Assembly: GCA_963667665.2 (NCBI GenBank)
Contig: OY763927.2
Location: forward strand, 512,001 to 576,000
Source: Nitrosopumilus sp.
GTDB taxonomy: Archaea; Thermoproteota; Nitrososphaeria; Nitrososphaerales; Nitrosopumilaceae
Direction: 5' to 3'
DNA: 64,000 nt
Shown here: piece after piece, positions 43,120 through 53,255 of the stretch
How the letters are laid out: each line of letters starts with the position of its first letter
Numbering within the stretch: the first letter of the stretch is position 1
Notes under the pieces: generated by a model
What the model was told of the DNA's origin: nothing
Database searches by the model: none
What the model saw: the letters and a program-made list of their open reading frames with translations, nothing else
Position numbers and translations under genes: made by a program

Positions 43120-43458
43120 ATGTTTGATTTAATACAAGATACAATCTCTGCCCTGTTGTGGCCTGAAAAGTCATGTTTTACTACTGGAGAGTTTTTGGGT
43201 TTTAGCGCAGGCATCATATTGGTGTGTATTGCATTTGTGTTTGGAATGGTACTACTGCCAGAATCAATCCTTGTCGTAATTGTTGTCATTGTATCATCTG
43301 TAATTGGTCTTGGTACCTTTATGGCCAAATTCTCCAGTCATTATCTAAAGGCAATATCGCTTCGTGGGTTTGGTTTTTTGATCTTTGTTGTATTGGCGTA
43401 TTTTATGGTGCAGATAGAGTCATTTCCTACAGAAGATACAATTGTAAACTGGCTGTAA
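43120..43458 (+). CDS. Small three-TM membrane protein
   Basis: Three hydrophobic segments. Confidence 0.6.
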   Translation: MFDLIQDTISALLWPEKSCFTTGEFLGFSAGIILVCIAFVFGMVLLPESILVVIVVIVSSVIGLGTFMAKFSSHYLKAISLRGFGFLIFVVLAYFMVQIESFPTEDTIVNWL

Positions 43459-43475
43459 TTTTTACATCACCGTTA

Positions 43476-45563
43476 TTATAAATTCATACTGTCTATTTTT
43501 AATTCTGGCATTTCATATAATGTATAATTCTGGTTTAATTCTACTTTTGGATTCAAAAACTTCATAAAATTTTCATGATGTGCCGCTCTTAGTATGGAGC
43601 TAGGCATTACAAAACCTATGTGCCCTTTATCTTTTAGATATAGATCTACTACTATGCAAAAAAATAGAGTTGCTAACTCCATATGGGTATAAAGATATTT
43701 TTTTGATTTATCAAAAAGACCATACTTTTGACTACCCTCTTTTAGGAATTTTTTATAAGTTTCATTTTTCATTTTTTTAATTGTAATCCATGGTGGATTT
43801 CCCATAATGATATCTACTTTATTTTTTGATAACGCCATAGGTTTTGTAGCATTTTTAATGATGTATGGCCATATGGAATCTCTATCTTCATCAATTAACT
43901 TGATGAGTAATTGATAATTTTCAATCCATAGTTTCCTTGTTGGTTCTGATGAAATATTTTTTACTGCATTTCTAAAACCTTTTAAAAGATTTTCTCTATT
44001 CATTGCCAAAATTCTATCTCTAGATTCCTTTGGAACATTTTCATTTCGGAATTTTGCATCTTGGTAAGATTGAGCATGATCATGCATTTTTTTAATAACG
44101 TCATCTGTATTTGCTGTTTTACTAATTGTATCAGTTGGAATTTGGAAAAAATGTTTTTCTGTTGCTTGAATATCAAAAACATTTTTGCCACTAAATAAAC
44201 TAGATTTTTCAGATGGTAATTTAACAGAGTCACAAAGATATACGGGAATTTCTATGGGGTGTTTTTTATGATAGGGTAATTTTCCCAAAGCCAATAAATA
44301 ATTTGTTTTTGCAATAATTACTGCTAAAGGGTGTATGTCGAATCCTTTCACCGTTGAAAGTACATGAGTTAAGAGATCATTATCATCAGGAAATTCAGAT
44401 CTTAGTCTGTCAATTTTATATTTTATTGCTGAAAATAGGAATGTTCCAGAACCGCAAGAAGGATCTAAAACACTCTGTTTTGGATTATTTTTTAATAATT
44501 CATCAATACTCATTTCTGCTAGCCAATCCGGTGTGTAAAACTCCCCTAATTCTTGACGATATTCTGGATCAACCAACTCCTGATAAAGTTCTTTTAATAC
44601 ATCCTCGTTAATTTTTTCTAAATCATAAACCTCTACAATCTGATTTAATAATTTGAAAAGCATTGGATTGACCTTTTTATCGAAATGAGGATATGTAATC
44701 CATGTGAAAAAATCTTCTTCAACAAAATTATGTATTCCCCAACCATGAAAACTATGACCATGTAAAATAATTGGCATGTCTTTTTCTTGGAAAACTTTTC
44801 CTCCTGTTAGACGTACATGTACCATCAATTTTACTAATGTTGATAGGTAGGTATGCCTAATGAAAAGATCTAATTCTTCTATGGAATCCCCGTAAACTAT
44901 TTCTAAATATTTTGACCAATTTTGAAATTTTGTTTTAAAGAATTCAGTATCCTCAATTAATTTATGTAATGTCCATAATTCATCTTTGAATGTATTGTAT
45001 GTAGCACTCTTTAATCCAAATCTTTTTTTTATATCGTCAGATGTTGGAACAATATGTCGTTGAAGAAATAGATACGAATCAAACCAATTATAGATTTGTT
45101 GAGCATCATTTGTTTTATTCAGATTTAAAGAATCAGTTTCACGAACACCTATGACTTTAATTCGTTTTCCTGTTTCAGTATGAGAGAAAATAGGTTTGTA
45201 GGCCTTGAAGAGTATGCCGTCGTTTGCTATTCCTATGAAATCAGTTCCGGCATATTTTTCATGATAAGTTTGAAAATATTTTAGTAACTCCTCTTCTGCA
45301 ACTTTAATTGCAGTCGATAAATTTTTTTTAAATTCAAAAATCACATTTCCAAAAACTGCATCTATTCTTCCTCGTTTTTTCATATACACAGTTTTTACTC
45401 CATATTCCCATTCTATTTCAGCAGGATCAACTTTGAAAATATCATAGAGAAAAATTGCTGCAAAATATGTGGCTTTACTATTTTCTGATTCTTTTTCTTT
45501 AACTACTCTGCGATATTTTGATAAAACCTGTTCAATGATTTTAACAGGATTATGTGACAACAA
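43476..45563 (-). CDS. Type IIG/IIL-like fused endonuclease and N6-adenine methyltransferase, apparently C-terminally truncated
   Basis: RIDAV..VIFEFK nuclease motif; LGEFYTP, DPSCGSGTFL, GNPPW; ends shortly after the MTase core with no target-recognition domain. Confidence 0.8.
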   Translation of the reverse strand: MLSHNPVKIIEQVLSKYRRVVKEKESENSKATYFAAIFLYDIFKVDPAEIEWEYGVKTVYMKKRGRIDAVFGNVIFEFKKNLSTAIKVAEEELLKYFQTYHEKYAGTDFIGIANDGILFKAYKPIFSHTETGKRIKVIGVRETDSLNLNKTNDAQQIYNWFDSYLFLQRHIVPTSDDIKKRFGLKSATYNTFKDELWTLHKLIEDTEFFKTKFQNWSKYLEIVYGDSIEELDLFIRHTYLSTLVKLMVHVRLTGGKVFQEKDMPIILHGHSFHGWGIHNFVEEDFFTWITYPHFDKKVNPMLFKLLNQIVEVYDLEKINEDVLKELYQELVDPEYRQELGEFYTPDWLAEMSIDELLKNNPKQSVLDPSCGSGTFLFSAIKYKIDRLRSEFPDDNDLLTHVLSTVKGFDIHPLAVIIAKTNYLLALGKLPYHKKHPIEIPVYLCDSVKLPSEKSSLFSGKNVFDIQATEKHFFQIPTDTISKTANTDDVIKKMHDHAQSYQDAKFRNENVPKESRDRILAMNRENLLKGFRNAVKNISSEPTRKLWIENYQLLIKLIDEDRDSIWPYIIKNATKPMALSKNKVDIIMGNPPWITIKKMKNETYKKFLKEGSQKYGLFDKSKKYLYTHMELATLFFCIVVDLYLKDKGHIGFVMPSSILRAAHHENFMKFLNPKVELNQNYTLYEMPELKIDSMNL

Positions 45564-45760
45564 GTAATGAATTGTATCCTTTAAGATAAATCAATGTACT
45601 TACTATATCACAATTTTATTAAAAACTGTTTTAGAATAATCCTATCATACATAAACACCCTAACGTAACGATTAACCAACCGAATGTAACACCAGTTTGA
45701 AATTGGAGAAATTAGTGAAATGCACCTAAGATGTAACAGTGTAAAAATGTTGTCTTAATT

Positions 45761-45806
45761 GATTTTAACGTGCACGACTAATGCACGTTAAGATTTTAAC
45801 GTGCAC
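45761..45806. promoter_or_regulatory. Three TTAACGTGCA boxes (direct-inverted-direct) between divergent genes
   Basis: ttaacgtgca at 45765, tgcacgttaa at 45782, ttaacgtgca at 45796. Confidence 0.65.
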
Positions 45807-46512
45807 AATGAGGTGGTTATTGAAACAAAATCAAACTCAACAGGAATCATCTGCAAACTCAAAAACCCAACCAAATCCTAAAGGTAAAAAAATCTTAAGA
45901 TATTCGTTGGATCAAACTTTAAAGATTGGAAAGTCAATAGAAGAGAATAATGCTGGAAATTCATATAATCGAATAGATCTATGCAAATCATTAGACTTAG
46001 CCCCAAACGGTTCAACCTTTAGACTATTACTTGTAGCATCTAACAGATATGGTTTAACAAAAGGTAACTACAGTGCAGATAAAATTGAATTGACTGAATT
46101 AGGAAGTTCAATAGTTGCACCAATCAATGATGAAAATCAATCTAATGTAATCAGACAAGCCCTAAAAACCAACATATTAGGAAAGATAATTGATTATTAT
46201 AACAATAAACAAATTCCAAGAATCGAATTATTCAAAAACACATTAAAAAAAGAATTCCATGTTGATCCAAATGATGTAGATTTATGTTATGATGTTTTTA
46301 TGGCTAATGCAAAAGAATACAACTTAATTCAAGAAATAAAAGGGAAACGATATCTCAAATTTGATGATGTTTCTGTTAAACCACGAAGTCCAGAAGAAAA
46401 ATTTGAATCGTTAGAACAATTAGAAAAAGAAGAGCCAAAAATAAATGATGATGTAATAATTACAGACAAAGAGTTTCAAGAAAAAAAGAAAAATTTTTTA
46501 GATATGATCTAG
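45781..46512 (+). CDS. wHTH-containing protein resembling N-terminal regions of TIR-fused defence proteins; no TIR domain present
   Basis: YSLDQTLKIGKSI..NNAG...GSTFRLLLVASNRYGLTKG...IELTELG; family recognised from memory only. Confidence 0.5.
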   Translation: MHVKILTCTMRWLLKQNQTQQESSANSKTQPNPKGKKILRYSLDQTLKIGKSIEENNAGNSYNRIDLCKSLDLAPNGSTFRLLLVASNRYGLTKGNYSADKIELTELGSSIVAPINDENQSNVIRQALKTNILGKIIDYYNNKQIPRIELFKNTLKKEFHVDPNDVDLCYDVFMANAKEYNLIQEIKGKRYLKFDDVSVKPRSPEEKFESLEQLEKEEPKINDDVIITDKEFQEKKKNFLDMI

Positions 46513-46600
46513 TTTCTGCTTTTCTAATGGCTTTGTATGTGCAACCTGTTGAAGCATAAGATAATCAAACATTTCACTTTAAATCAAAACCTTTCTGTAC

Positions 46601-46837
46601 ATGTTATTGAACCGCAAGGCAATATTTGCAAAAATATGTGACAAGATAGACTGTGAGAAAAAAGTCCTGGCAGATATGATTCGTGATGCAAAGCCTGCAG
46701 ATGAGTTTTACTTTGGAATGTATAGGCTGGTTTTTAATAGAACTGATAGTTCGTCAGGAAAAACACTATACTTATTGTCCTTGTATAGGAATGATTCCTT
46801 GGAGACTCGGGTATTAGTAGACATGTGTTGGTTTTAA
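46601..46837 (+). CDS. Small hypothetical protein
   Basis: 78 aa ORF with TTTAAA about 25 bp upstream. Confidence 0.5.
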   Translation: MLLNRKAIFAKICDKIDCEKKVLADMIRDAKPADEFYFGMYRLVFNRTDSSSGKTLYLLSLYRNDSLETRVLVDMCWF

Positions 46838-47065
46838 ATCTCAGAGCATTATTTTTGTCTGAAATAATCCCTAATAAATTCAGAAGGAATGTTTTTGTGT
46901 TTTTCTATCAGTTCATTATATTTCAGGTGATTCTGTCAAAACAGAGTTTCCATTCTTGGTGTTTTGGAATTGTGGCATTATAAGAAAAATAAAAAGAGAT
47001 TAGCACGCTGGCCTAACCTAACTAAGAACTAACATTGTTACTTTGTATTTTATAATAAACTTTGT

Positions 47066-47136
47066 GGGCCTGTAGCATGAGGGTCATACACCTAAGTAAG
47101 AACTAGGAGATTTGGGTTCAACTCCCAACAGGTCCA
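47066..47136 (+). tRNA. Atypical tRNA-like gene, apparent anticodon AAG, short variable loop
   Basis: GGGCCTG/CAGGTCC acceptor, TTGGG-TTCAACT-CCCAA T arm, CCTAA-GTAAGAA-CTAGG arm with one mismatch, weak D arm, A73. Confidence 0.7.
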
Positions 47137-47310
47137 CACTACACATAATGTACATTTAGGTAAAAATTATTCAAGGAAATTTCTGAAATACCTAGCAACA
47201 GATTCTGAAACTTTGACTAATATGTCATTAGATTTTGGTTTGTCTTTCTCCAAATATCTGAAATTTCTTGATTTTATTTCCCCTTTAATACAAATCATTC
47301 TTGTATAGTT

Positions 47311-47934
47311 GTGCAAGTATTAGCAATAACTAGCAGATCCCTATTTAACACAAAGTGGATAAACCTCTCAATTAAGACGTTTTCCCCGCGCCAGTTCCTA
47401 TGCGGAGTAATTGGAGGGGTCAGTATTATTACGGCAATAATTGGAAAGATACATCCAATATTTGCAATCTTTGGAATTTTGATAATACTGTTTGGATTTA
47501 CACCATTTGGATTTTTGCCCACTGAAAAAAAGATTATCGCATTTGTGTCATTTCATACAAAAAAAAATGCCACTGCAAAAAAATCAAAAAAGCAGTACTC
47601 TACACTTGTAGGAATTGGGAAATTGAGTGTCGAGGAATCTTCTGATGAGAAACCACCACAGACAAAGAAAATACAAACAGTATATGTCGATGACTTGGAT
47701 GTGCCATATGTGCTAAATCTATCAACTACTGCCAAATCCCAGTTCATTCCAGTTACGATATTTTTCTCAGAAGGTGTAGATGAGATTCCCATTGCAAGCA
47801 CCACAACTGGCAGACATGGCAAGGTATCATGTACAGTTCTTCTCGAACAGTACGGGCAGAGACGTGTGAGGGTAACTGGTGATGATGACGGTACAACATA
47901 CTATGACGATACGGTAGTGTTTGAACGAAGATGA
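47311..47934 (+). CDS. Two-TM membrane protein of the conjugation region (PrgI/VirB3-like position)
   Basis: FSPRQF..G followed by two TM helices; overlaps the VirB6-like gene. Confidence 0.5.
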   Translation: MQVLAITSRSLFNTKWINLSIKTFSPRQFLCGVIGGVSIITAIIGKIHPIFAIFGILIILFGFTPFGFLPTEKKIIAFVSFHTKKNATAKKSKKQYSTLVGIGKLSVEESSDEKPPQTKKIQTVYVDDLDVPYVLNLSTTAKSQFIPVTIFFSEGVDEIPIASTTTGRHGKVSCTVLLEQYGQRRVRVTGDDDGTTYYDDTVVFERR

Positions 47935-49613
47935 ACAAACCCATCCAAACAAATCTCATTCCATTGCTTTACAAAAAACTAAACTCGCCATTGCCTGCAA
48001 TAATTCCCGGAGCTGATGCGGGAATATTAATTATAACTACAATTCTTTACACGCTCGCATATGTAGGTGTAATGTTTGTTTTGATTAGCGAGATTGCCGT
48101 GGGCTTTGTGGGAATCATAACTGATGTACCAAGCTTTGAGTTTGATATTGTAAACGGGGTGGAGACTGGCAACTTTTCATATCTGCTGCATTCAATCTTT
48201 GCCGAGATTGCACTTTACTTTTTTATTTTTGTGTTCTTGATTTTTGCAATCTTACTATTACTAAAGCAGGCCGAACTTGTCACATCTGATACGCTAAAAA
48301 ACATGATAAAGTCGGCAGGTATTGGAATTATAATAATTATGATATTTCCATATCTCTGGGATTCAATCTCTGATATCTCTGAAATGTCTGCCCTCTGGGT
48401 ACTAAACCCACTGTATTCATTTGATGAAGATGCTCCATGTATATCATCCAAGGATCCGCGAGCTGCGCAGCTTGCAGATTGGCAGAGAACCATGAAACAA
48501 AATTCCGTACCTCCGCTTGTACAATGGGATCCTAAAGAGGAATGTCTGCCGTCATTGAGACCCGACTATCTGTTCTCAAAGGCAATCTATGGGGCGACAA
48601 TTGATCTGGACTTTGAAGATGAAGCAGAGGGTGACTGGTGGAACATAATTGACAAGCTCACTGCATATACTACGGTAATAGCTCAGGGAATATTTGGGAT
48701 AATATTTGAGGGAGTAACTAGGGCTACAATACTGTTCTTTTTGGCATCAATGTCAGCACTTGTCGGGTCTGTGAGACATCTGCTCACTGATGTTATCGCA
48801 ATAGGGCTTCCAATATTACTGGTGTTGAGATGTCTGCCATTTGGTGGAATAGAAAAGATGGCAAACACCTTGCTATCGGTGTTTGTTCCTTTATTGTTTG
48901 TGCCATTTTTTAGCGCACTAATAATTACTGCAGGCAGTGCAAGTCTTCTTGACCAAGAAATTGAGACAGTCACCATATCCAGTGGAGATACAGTCATAAA
49001 CATTGCATCTGATAGATATCTGTTTTGGATGTATAGTATAGCTACTTTATCTCTGGCAGTAATGACTCCTGTAATGTTTGTCCCGATGCTGGGTTCGGTA
49101 TCATCCATGATGGGAAAGATGGTAATGACATCAACTATGACTGGTGTGATGGGCGCTACCAGCGCTGCACAGGGAATGATGCAGGGAGGTGCTGCCGCAT
49201 TCTCTGGACTTGCTGCTGGAGGAGCAGCTGGTGGAATTGGAAAGATGGGTGCCCTCAAATCAATGTTTACCAATCCCCGTTCCATGGGTGCAGCAATTGG
49301 AGGAATTGGAAGCGGTGGAATGGCTGCATCCAGGGGTGTGCTTGCAGGTAACTTGTCAGGTGCAGGCAAGATAATACCTGGTGCTGGCGATGCCAAGGGA
49401 TTGATTGGAGCTAGCCCAGCTGCTGGCGGTGCGGATAGTACTGCATATGCAAAGGGTAAGACACAGGCTGAGAGCATTGTATCAGACGGCAATACAAATC
49501 CAGAAGAAGATGAACACCACTTTAGCAATACTCCTATTAGCAGCACTAAGGCTACAAAGGGCAGTAATGGTGCCATGCCAAAAAATAATGATAGGAAATC
49601 TTCAACAGTATGA
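47931..49613 (+). CDS. VirB6/TrbL-like polytopic conjugation membrane protein
   Basis: Many TM helices, IGLPILLVL..LP motif, Gly/Ala-rich low-complexity C-terminus; lies near a VirB4-like gene. Confidence 0.65.
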   Translation: MNKPIQTNLIPLLYKKLNSPLPAIIPGADAGILIITTILYTLAYVGVMFVLISEIAVGFVGIITDVPSFEFDIVNGVETGNFSYLLHSIFAEIALYFFIFVFLIFAILLLLKQAELVTSDTLKNMIKSAGIGIIIIMIFPYLWDSISDISEMSALWVLNPLYSFDEDAPCISSKDPRAAQLADWQRTMKQNSVPPLVQWDPKEECLPSLRPDYLFSKAIYGATIDLDFEDEAEGDWWNIIDKLTAYTTVIAQGIFGIIFEGVTRATILFFLASMSALVGSVRHLLTDVIAIGLPILLVLRCLPFGGIEKMANTLLSVFVPLLFVPFFSALIITAGSASLLDQEIETVTISSGDTVINIASDRYLFWMYSIATLSLAVMTPVMFVPMLGSVSSMMGKMVMTSTMTGVMGATSAAQGMMQGGAAAFSGLAAGGAAGGIGKMGALKSMFTNPRSMGAAIGGIGSGGMAASRGVLAGNLSGAGKIIPGAGDAKGLIGASPAAGGADSTAYAKGKTQAESIVSDGNTNPEEDEHHFSNTPISSTKATKGSNGAMPKNNDRKSSTV

Positions 49614-50068
49614 CAGAATCTTTTACGCCTAAAACGATTAAATCCTTAAAAGCTCAGAAACCATATTATGTCATGTTAGCAAGACAGGAAAACGAAAAAC
49701 CAATAATTGAGATTCCCTTAAAGAAACACAAAACAATGGAGATCACGAATCTCAAACTGGCAGTATTTGATTCTAAAAATATAAAGTTGCGCATTCCAGT
49801 ACAGAATATTCGCTCTATTGTACCGCTAAAAAAAGACAAGATACGAATCCAGTATTACGAGCAGGTTCAAAACAATGATCCCATAGTGACATTCAAGCGA
49901 AAATATGTGGACTATGATCTGGAAAAGCCTGAACTTTCTGCCTTACAGTTGTGCCATAAAATAAAAAGTGGGCATGAACGACTAAACACATGGAGCAAAA
50001 ATGACAAGGGACTATTGTTACTACAGCCACAGATTTTGAAGACGCTGCAGATGTATGGAACTCTGTGA
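49610..50068 (+). CDS. Hypothetical protein (PH-like beta fold possible); 3' end probably chimeric
   Basis: 152 aa ORF whose last ~20 codons overlap an open peptidase frame. Confidence 0.5.
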   Translation: MTESFTPKTIKSLKAQKPYYVMLARQENEKPIIEIPLKKHKTMEITNLKLAVFDSKNIKLRIPVQNIRSIVPLKKDKIRIQYYEQVQNNDPIVTFKRKYVDYDLEKPELSALQLCHKIKSGHERLNTWSKNDKGLLLLQPQILKTLQMYGTL

Positions 50069-50427
50069 GTAATTCATGGTGGGACTTTACAAGAGATGAT
50101 TCAAGTAATGATGTAGAAATTGGCGCATGGTTTATGGGTTGGCATATATCAACATTAGCTGAAACCACATGGTATGACCATAATGGTTCTATGTTATGGG
50201 CTTTTGTAGATTTTAACAATGCTAAAGATTTTAGAGATGTTAATGTCTCTCAAGGGTGGTGGTCTTTTGACTATGAAACTGTTGCCATCCATGAAATCGG
50301 ACATGTAGCTGGTATCCATGATCATACAACAACAACAAGTTCTCCAATGAAAGCCTCAATTCCATCCAATAATGTAGATAGAACATTGAACAGTCATGAT
50401 AAAACAACAATTAGGGGTATGTATTAA
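50005..50427 (+). pseudogene. N-terminally truncated matrixin/metzincin peptidase
   Basis: HEIGHVAGIHDH and Met-turn SPM; frame open from 50005 (…DFEDAADVWNSV) with no signal peptide. Confidence 0.7.
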
Positions 50428-50428
50428 G

Positions 50429-50998
50429 ATGAATAAAAAACTATTACTACCTCTTTTGGTACTTGTTGTAATTCCTGTTCTTATATTTAGTCAACCAAAT
50501 GCTGATACAATAGGGAAACAATTTGCAATTGACAACCCAGGTATATCTATTGGTGTTAGTACTTCAGAAGAGGCTTTAACAGAAGAGCAAGAGATAAACA
50601 GAGCATCTCTTATTATTGAAGGAACTATCCTAGAAGCCAAACCATTCTGGAAGATTATCCATAATGATAAACCACCTAGAATTTACACCGAATTTACTGT
50701 TAAAGTAGACGATGTCATCAAAGGTGATATAAAATCTCAAACTATCACATTTGTAATTGGTGGTGGTGATTTAGATGGAATAATTTCTAGAACAGAGTCA
50801 GTAGATCTCACTGTGGGAGAACAAGTAATCTTATTACTTGGAAAAGATATCCATAGTATATTTGGGGACACATATAACCCAATATCTATCTCAAAATCTA
50901 TTTACAAAATTGAAGATGGTCAAGCAATAAACAAACTAGATGATAGAACAGGCAACAAAGACGACGTAAAAGAGAGAATATCTGATCTATTAAGATAG
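50429..50998 (+). CDS. Secreted/membrane-anchored protein (TIMP/OB-like), partner of the peptidase
   Basis: Signal peptide MNKKLLLPLLVLVV; ASLIIEGTI...IYTEFTVKVDDVIKG...GG. Confidence 0.65.
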   Translation: MNKKLLLPLLVLVVIPVLIFSQPNADTIGKQFAIDNPGISIGVSTSEEALTEEQEINRASLIIEGTILEAKPFWKIIHNDKPPRIYTEFTVKVDDVIKGDIKSQTITFVIGGGDLDGIISRTESVDLTVGEQVILLLGKDIHSIFGDTYNPISISKSIYKIEDGQAINKLDDRTGNKDDVKERISDLLR

Positions 50999-51069
50999 AT
51001 ATCCTTATTTTTTTTATGAATATTAATCAAAGAATTATAACATCATATAATAACATCTAATCATGCGAA

Positions 51070-51315
51070 TTGACTGCTGCAGGAATTGCAATCATGTTAA
51101 TATCTGGATGTTTTGCAATAGCTGATATATTCATACCTGGTTCAGATGATGCTCCAGACGAAAAGCCATTGTTTGGCGATTTTCTAATTGGTGCAATAGA
51201 TGAGATAATATACTATCTGAGATGGGCCGTATATCTGGCAATTATTGGTGGTGGAATGATGATAGGCATTTCACTGAGGCTGACCAATACAACACACATG
51301 ATGAAAACAAAGTAA
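51070..51315 (+). CDS. Small two-TM membrane protein
   Basis: Two hydrophobic segments. Confidence 0.5.
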   Translation: MTAAGIAIMLISGCFAIADIFIPGSDDAPDEKPLFGDFLIGAIDEIIYYLRWAVYLAIIGGGMMIGISLRLTNTTHMMKTK

Positions 51316-51317
51316 TC

Positions 51318-51707
51318 ATGTTGTCCTCTTTTTTCTATACATGTATCACTGCCGTATCTTCTACATTTGCAGGAATATTTGTAAATGTGTTTTTCAATGA
51401 TTTTGGAATCATACCTGCCATAATATTTTATGCTTGTGCGTTCTTTACAGACTATCACTCTACAGTCAGGGTAAGAAATTTTACAAAACATGAGACAAAC
51501 CCGCTGTTTTGTATATTCTCAAAAAGACTCTCCTCTGGAATGTCATTTGGAATAATATTTGCAATAGGCATTGGAATAAACATCATATCATACGCTGTAC
51601 TGGCAGACCCAATAATATCATACGTTCTTGGCATGTGTCATCTGTGTGCAGCAGCAAACAACTATCACATATCTAAAAAAATCATACTGACGGATAATGT
51701 ATCATGA
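51318..51707 (+). CDS. Multi-TM protein with D..ST...ETNPL motif (DUF5658-like)
   Basis: TDYHST....HETNPLF between TM helices. Confidence 0.55.
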   Translation: MLSSFFYTCITAVSSTFAGIFVNVFFNDFGIIPAIIFYACAFFTDYHSTVRVRNFTKHETNPLFCIFSKRLSSGMSFGIIFAIGIGINIISYAVLADPIISYVLGMCHLCAAANNYHISKKIILTDNVS

Positions 51708-52222
51708 TCCTAATGAATATCATAAACGTGAATGCAAAGGCTAAAATATCCGGGTTTGACACTGATGCAATTATTGATGGCATTACTAATGCAGAATACA
51801 GACCAAACGGATTTCCAGCTATTTGTATTGGCAGTGACTCAGGAATCACTATCTCGTTGTTTGATTCAGGCAAGATAAACTCAAAGCGTGCAAAGTCCAC
51901 TGATTCTGCCATACTGGCAATCAATAATTTTGTCAAAACATTAAAAAAACTTGGAATGAAAATATCCATTCTCTCTAAGCCTTCCATATATCTAATTGTA
52001 ACAAATGTATTCTATGAAAAAAGAATAAACATCAAATCCCTCAAGAGTTTACCGGAATTCAAAAAGGAGATAAAACGATTCAGCTCAATCCAACTTGTAT
52101 TTCCTAACAATGTCAATGTTCTGGCATACGAGAATTCATTGAGGGTTTCAGGGAATGACATATCACATATGATGCAGGTGGTAAACAGCCTGAAAAAACA
52201 CACAATTCCTGCGGTGAAATAA
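51704..52222 (+). CDS. tbp: TATA-binding protein homolog, divergent
   Basis: IINVNAKA...AEYRPNGFPAI...SLFDSGKI...AKS; second repeat degenerate. Confidence 0.8.
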   Translation: MILMNIINVNAKAKISGFDTDAIIDGITNAEYRPNGFPAICIGSDSGITISLFDSGKINSKRAKSTDSAILAINNFVKTLKKLGMKISILSKPSIYLIVTNVFYEKRINIKSLKSLPEFKKEIKRFSSIQLVFPNNVNVLAYENSLRVSGNDISHMMQVVNSLKKHTIPAVK

Positions 52223-52228
52223 TAATGG

Positions 52229-52627
52229 ATGCAACATATGAACATATTTCTATTCACCGGAGTAATTACTGCAACGGCAATTACCCTATTGTTCTCTAGC
52301 GGTCAGTTTGATACAACCAGACTTGCATTTGAGAGTGCCATTACAGCAAAGCAGACAAACGGCATGATATATCTCACATATTCCATTTACAATACCGGTA
52401 CGACAGACATTGTCTTCATTGAAGTTAATGCTGACTGTTGCAGCACATCCCCCAATACCCCTACAGACTATCCAATTTTTCCAAGAAGCGATACCGGGCA
52501 GATATCTACCATGCTACAACTTCATGGAACCATATTGAATTACGGTGATGCTTTTTTGGTAACATTTCAGGTGGAGGACAATCTTGGAAATACCAAAACC
52601 AGTATAGAGCCAGTCAGGATTGGTTAA
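52229..52627 (+). CDS. Archaeal pilin-like / membrane-anchored beta-sandwich protein
   Basis: N-terminal hydrophobic helix, YSIYNTGTTDI, YGDAFLVTFQV. Confidence 0.5.
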   Translation: MQHMNIFLFTGVITATAITLLFSSGQFDTTRLAFESAITAKQTNGMIYLTYSIYNTGTTDIVFIEVNADCCSTSPNTPTDYPIFPRSDTGQISTMLQLHGTILNYGDAFLVTFQVEDNLGNTKTSIEPVRIG

Positions 52628-52862
52628 TAATGATAACTTTGATGTTTTTACACCGTTTAATCTCAGAATAATTGTGAAATTTATGGTTTATAGTGAAAAA
52701 TCCCTATCTCATACCAGAATTGTTTCTTATCCTGACTGTCAATTTTACATTGTACTTTCTGTGTGTCCTGTATAATTTTTCATATTCAGAATTGAATACT
52801 AGGAGCAAATGTCCCGAGTTTGGAACAGTGTATTAAAATCTTAAAAAGAAGAACAGCATAAG

Positions 52863-53090
52863 ATGTCCATGAGTGACAGTGCAGATACGCCAGTTGAACA
52901 AAAGTCATATCCAAGTAAGATATGGTATGTGGGGCATCTCTTTTTCGGGATAATAACCGGATTGATATGTTATATTATTTGGCAAGACAAAAACAAAGAA
53001 GCTGCAAGAAAACACTTGATTCACAGCATCTGGATTGGATTCATTCCTGTTTTCATTATGATTTTAATTGCATTTCTGGTTTTCATTTAA
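52863..53090 (+). CDS. Small membrane protein
   Basis: WYVGHLFFGIITGLICY...KEAARKHL. Confidence 0.6.
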   Translation: MSMSDSADTPVEQKSYPSKIWYVGHLFFGIITGLICYIIWQDKNKEAARKHLIHSIWIGFIPVFIMILIAFLVFI

Positions 53091-53255
53091 TAGTCAGTAA
53101 AGATTTTGGCTATAAAGAGAACATTGGAAAAAGACAATGGTTTTTCTGAGATCAGTAGATAGGAAAGTGTTATCCAACATAATCTAGAAAATAATTTCTT
53201 TAATTAGAAGGATATTCCCAACCACAATCATAACAGCAAAATATGATCCTGTTGC

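Noticed and set aside
48683-49576. 297-aa minus-strand ORF
   Set aside because: Antisense to the Gly/Ala-rich part of the VirB6-like gene.
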